A stretch of 64,000 bases of DNA from Asterias rubens (taxonomy: Eukaryota), in the NCBI RefSeq assembly GCF_902459465.1, contig NC_047071.1, positions 17,670,001-17,734,000 of the forward strand, given 5' to 3'. The stretch's first letter is position 1. The number at the start of each line of letters is the position of its first letter. A program made the translations under genes and the position numbers. This document shows positions 62,889-64,000 of this stretch, one piece after another. Below the pieces are notes generated by a model. It had not been told where the DNA came from, did not search any database, and worked only from the letters and a program-made list of their open reading frames with translations.

Positions 62889-63374
62889 CTAAAAATCAAG
62901 AAGAAATTGAAGCTTAAAAGGGTTTTGTAGATCATGTTTTTAGACATGACATGAATCCCTACTCACTCACTGTGAATGAAGATGTATGTGATATAAATTA
63001 CCTGTATAAGTTTCAGCTTCATAGGTTGTCAAGTTTTTGAGAGAAAAAAATGAAAATCACAGAGCAATGTATTCAGCAGAGTCGCATAACTACGTTGTGC
63101 ATGCTAAAATTATTTCAGTGACATTTTTTTTACTCATTTCTCATAGCACCTCAGCAAGTAATATTTTAAGGAAAGCTTTCTACCACCATTATCTTCAAAT
63201 CGTGTATAAAATTTAATGTAAATCTGAGGACATTGTGTTTTGTGTTGCAAAAAGTCCCCACAGTACCTCGGCCATGACACATAATAACCAGTTTGTATAT
63301 AGCGCTTTTCACACACGGAGGGCGTCTCAAAGCGCCTCCAACATTATATTTCATTCCACCATCTCAGCACCCTG

Positions 63375-63617
63375 GGCCCAATTTCATAGAGCTGCTAAGC
63401 ACAGAAATTTGCTTAGCATGACATTTCTTCCTTGATAAAAACAGGATTACCAATAAAATGTCCATTTGTTGCTTATTGCTTGTTATACTGGTATTCAGCT
63501 GTTGTTTGCTATCCTGAAAATCACGTGGATATTTGGTTTGGTAATCCTGTTTTTATCAAGGAAGAAGTTTCATGCTAAGCAAATTTTGTGTGCTTAGCAG
63601 CTCTATGAAATTGGGCC
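63375..63617. mobile_element. PIF/Harbinger-type MITE with long TIRs
   Basis: CTG|GGCCCAATTTCATAGAGCTGCTAAGCAC ... GTGCTTAGCAGCTCTATGAAATTGGGCC|CTG; about 80-bp imperfect TIR; CWG TSD. Confidence 0.85.
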
Positions 63618-63644
63618 CTGGTGGGGAGTATGTAGTGGGAGTAC

Positions 63645-63827
63645 CTGCAATAGCTTGCTGTATAGCGTTATTCTCTCAGTGCTGTCTCGGTTATCCACCT
63701 GTCCCGTGACGACTATGCTTTCACCTGGAACGTATCCTTGCTTTGACAATCCGACGGATATCTCATCAGAGACCATAAGTGTACACCCGCACCAGTTGTG
63801 TGCGTCTGCCTTCGCGTTCACTGCCAA
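63645..63827 (-). CDS. Alpha-arrestin exon (start of Arrestin_C domain); upstream exons lie outside the window
   Basis: Acceptor gtccacacag, donor CAG|GTACTC, 183 nt, phase 0-0; LAVNAKADAHNWCGCTLMVSDEISVGLSKQGYVPGESIVVTGQVDNRDSTERITLYSKLLQ (k.GYvPGE.i.v...vdN signature). Confidence 0.9.
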
Positions 63828-63960
63828 CTGTGTGGACAATTTAATTTTTACAGGGAAACTGTTATTGTTGTTTGAAGCTTGGAATGGTGAGGATAAATCA
63901 GAAGAAACTAAAAATAGTTAATGGTAATGTGGGGGTGGTGGCTCTGGCTGAAAAGAGCCG

Positions 63961-64000
63961 GTGTGGTCTTGACGTTTCGAACTGTATACTCAGCTCGTCT
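63961..64000 (-). ncRNA. Hammerhead ribozyme motif truncated by the window end, sense to the arrestin gene
   Basis: Minus strand: AGA-C-GAGCTG-AGTATA-CAGTTC-GAAAC-GTC-AAGACC; the CTGA part of the core would lie just beyond 64000. Confidence 0.55.

Noticed and set aside
1-64000. Most short ORFs in the supplied six-frame track
   Set aside because: Many fall inside MITEs/SINEs and recur as near-identical translations of family A (e.g. 31005, 50348, 58572, 60367). Others start at TTG/GTG and have no splice or homology support.
1-64000. CRISPR array or prokaryotic defence system
   Set aside because: No regularly spaced repeat-spacer array and no operon-like ORFs; the window has spliceosomal introns and eukaryotic TEs.

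Overview
Eukaryotic, AT-rich, repeat-dense genomic DNA from an animal. The repeat repertoire and G/C homopolymer runs suggest a marine invertebrate, probably an echinoderm such as a sea star (inference from recalled repeats, not checked). There is no prokaryotic gene organisation, rRNA, CRISPR array, intact tRNA or intact transposase/RT ORF, and nearly all ORFs in the supplied track look spurious. The one well-supported gene is the 3' half of a minus-strand alpha-arrestin (ARRDC/TXNIP family): four phase-consistent exons at 63827-63645, 62888-62703, 62096-61970 and 61379-61201, encoding an Arrestin_C domain plus LPPY and PPTY motifs. A weaker plus-strand multi-exon gene tail lies at 1-2748. 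About 30 copies or fragments (count by eye) of TTAA-flanked AG...CT Kolobok-type MITEs are present, alongside Harbinger-type MITEs and tRNA-derived SINEs. Highlights: (i) minimal type-I hammerhead ribozyme motifs with an extra nucleotide after A9 and a loop-less palindromic stem III (dimer type), two apparently intact (41877-41917, 62223-62261), one cut by the window end inside an arrestin intron, and a decayed cluster near 20 kb; (ii) a fixed-spacing terminal code AG-N7-AC-N5-YGGTA shared by several Kolobok MITE families that chain and nest at TTAA sites; (iii) unusual tRNA-head architectures (an outward-facing inverted pair and a tandem dimeric SINE). All coordinates were counted by hand; degenerate repeat boundaries are approximate.
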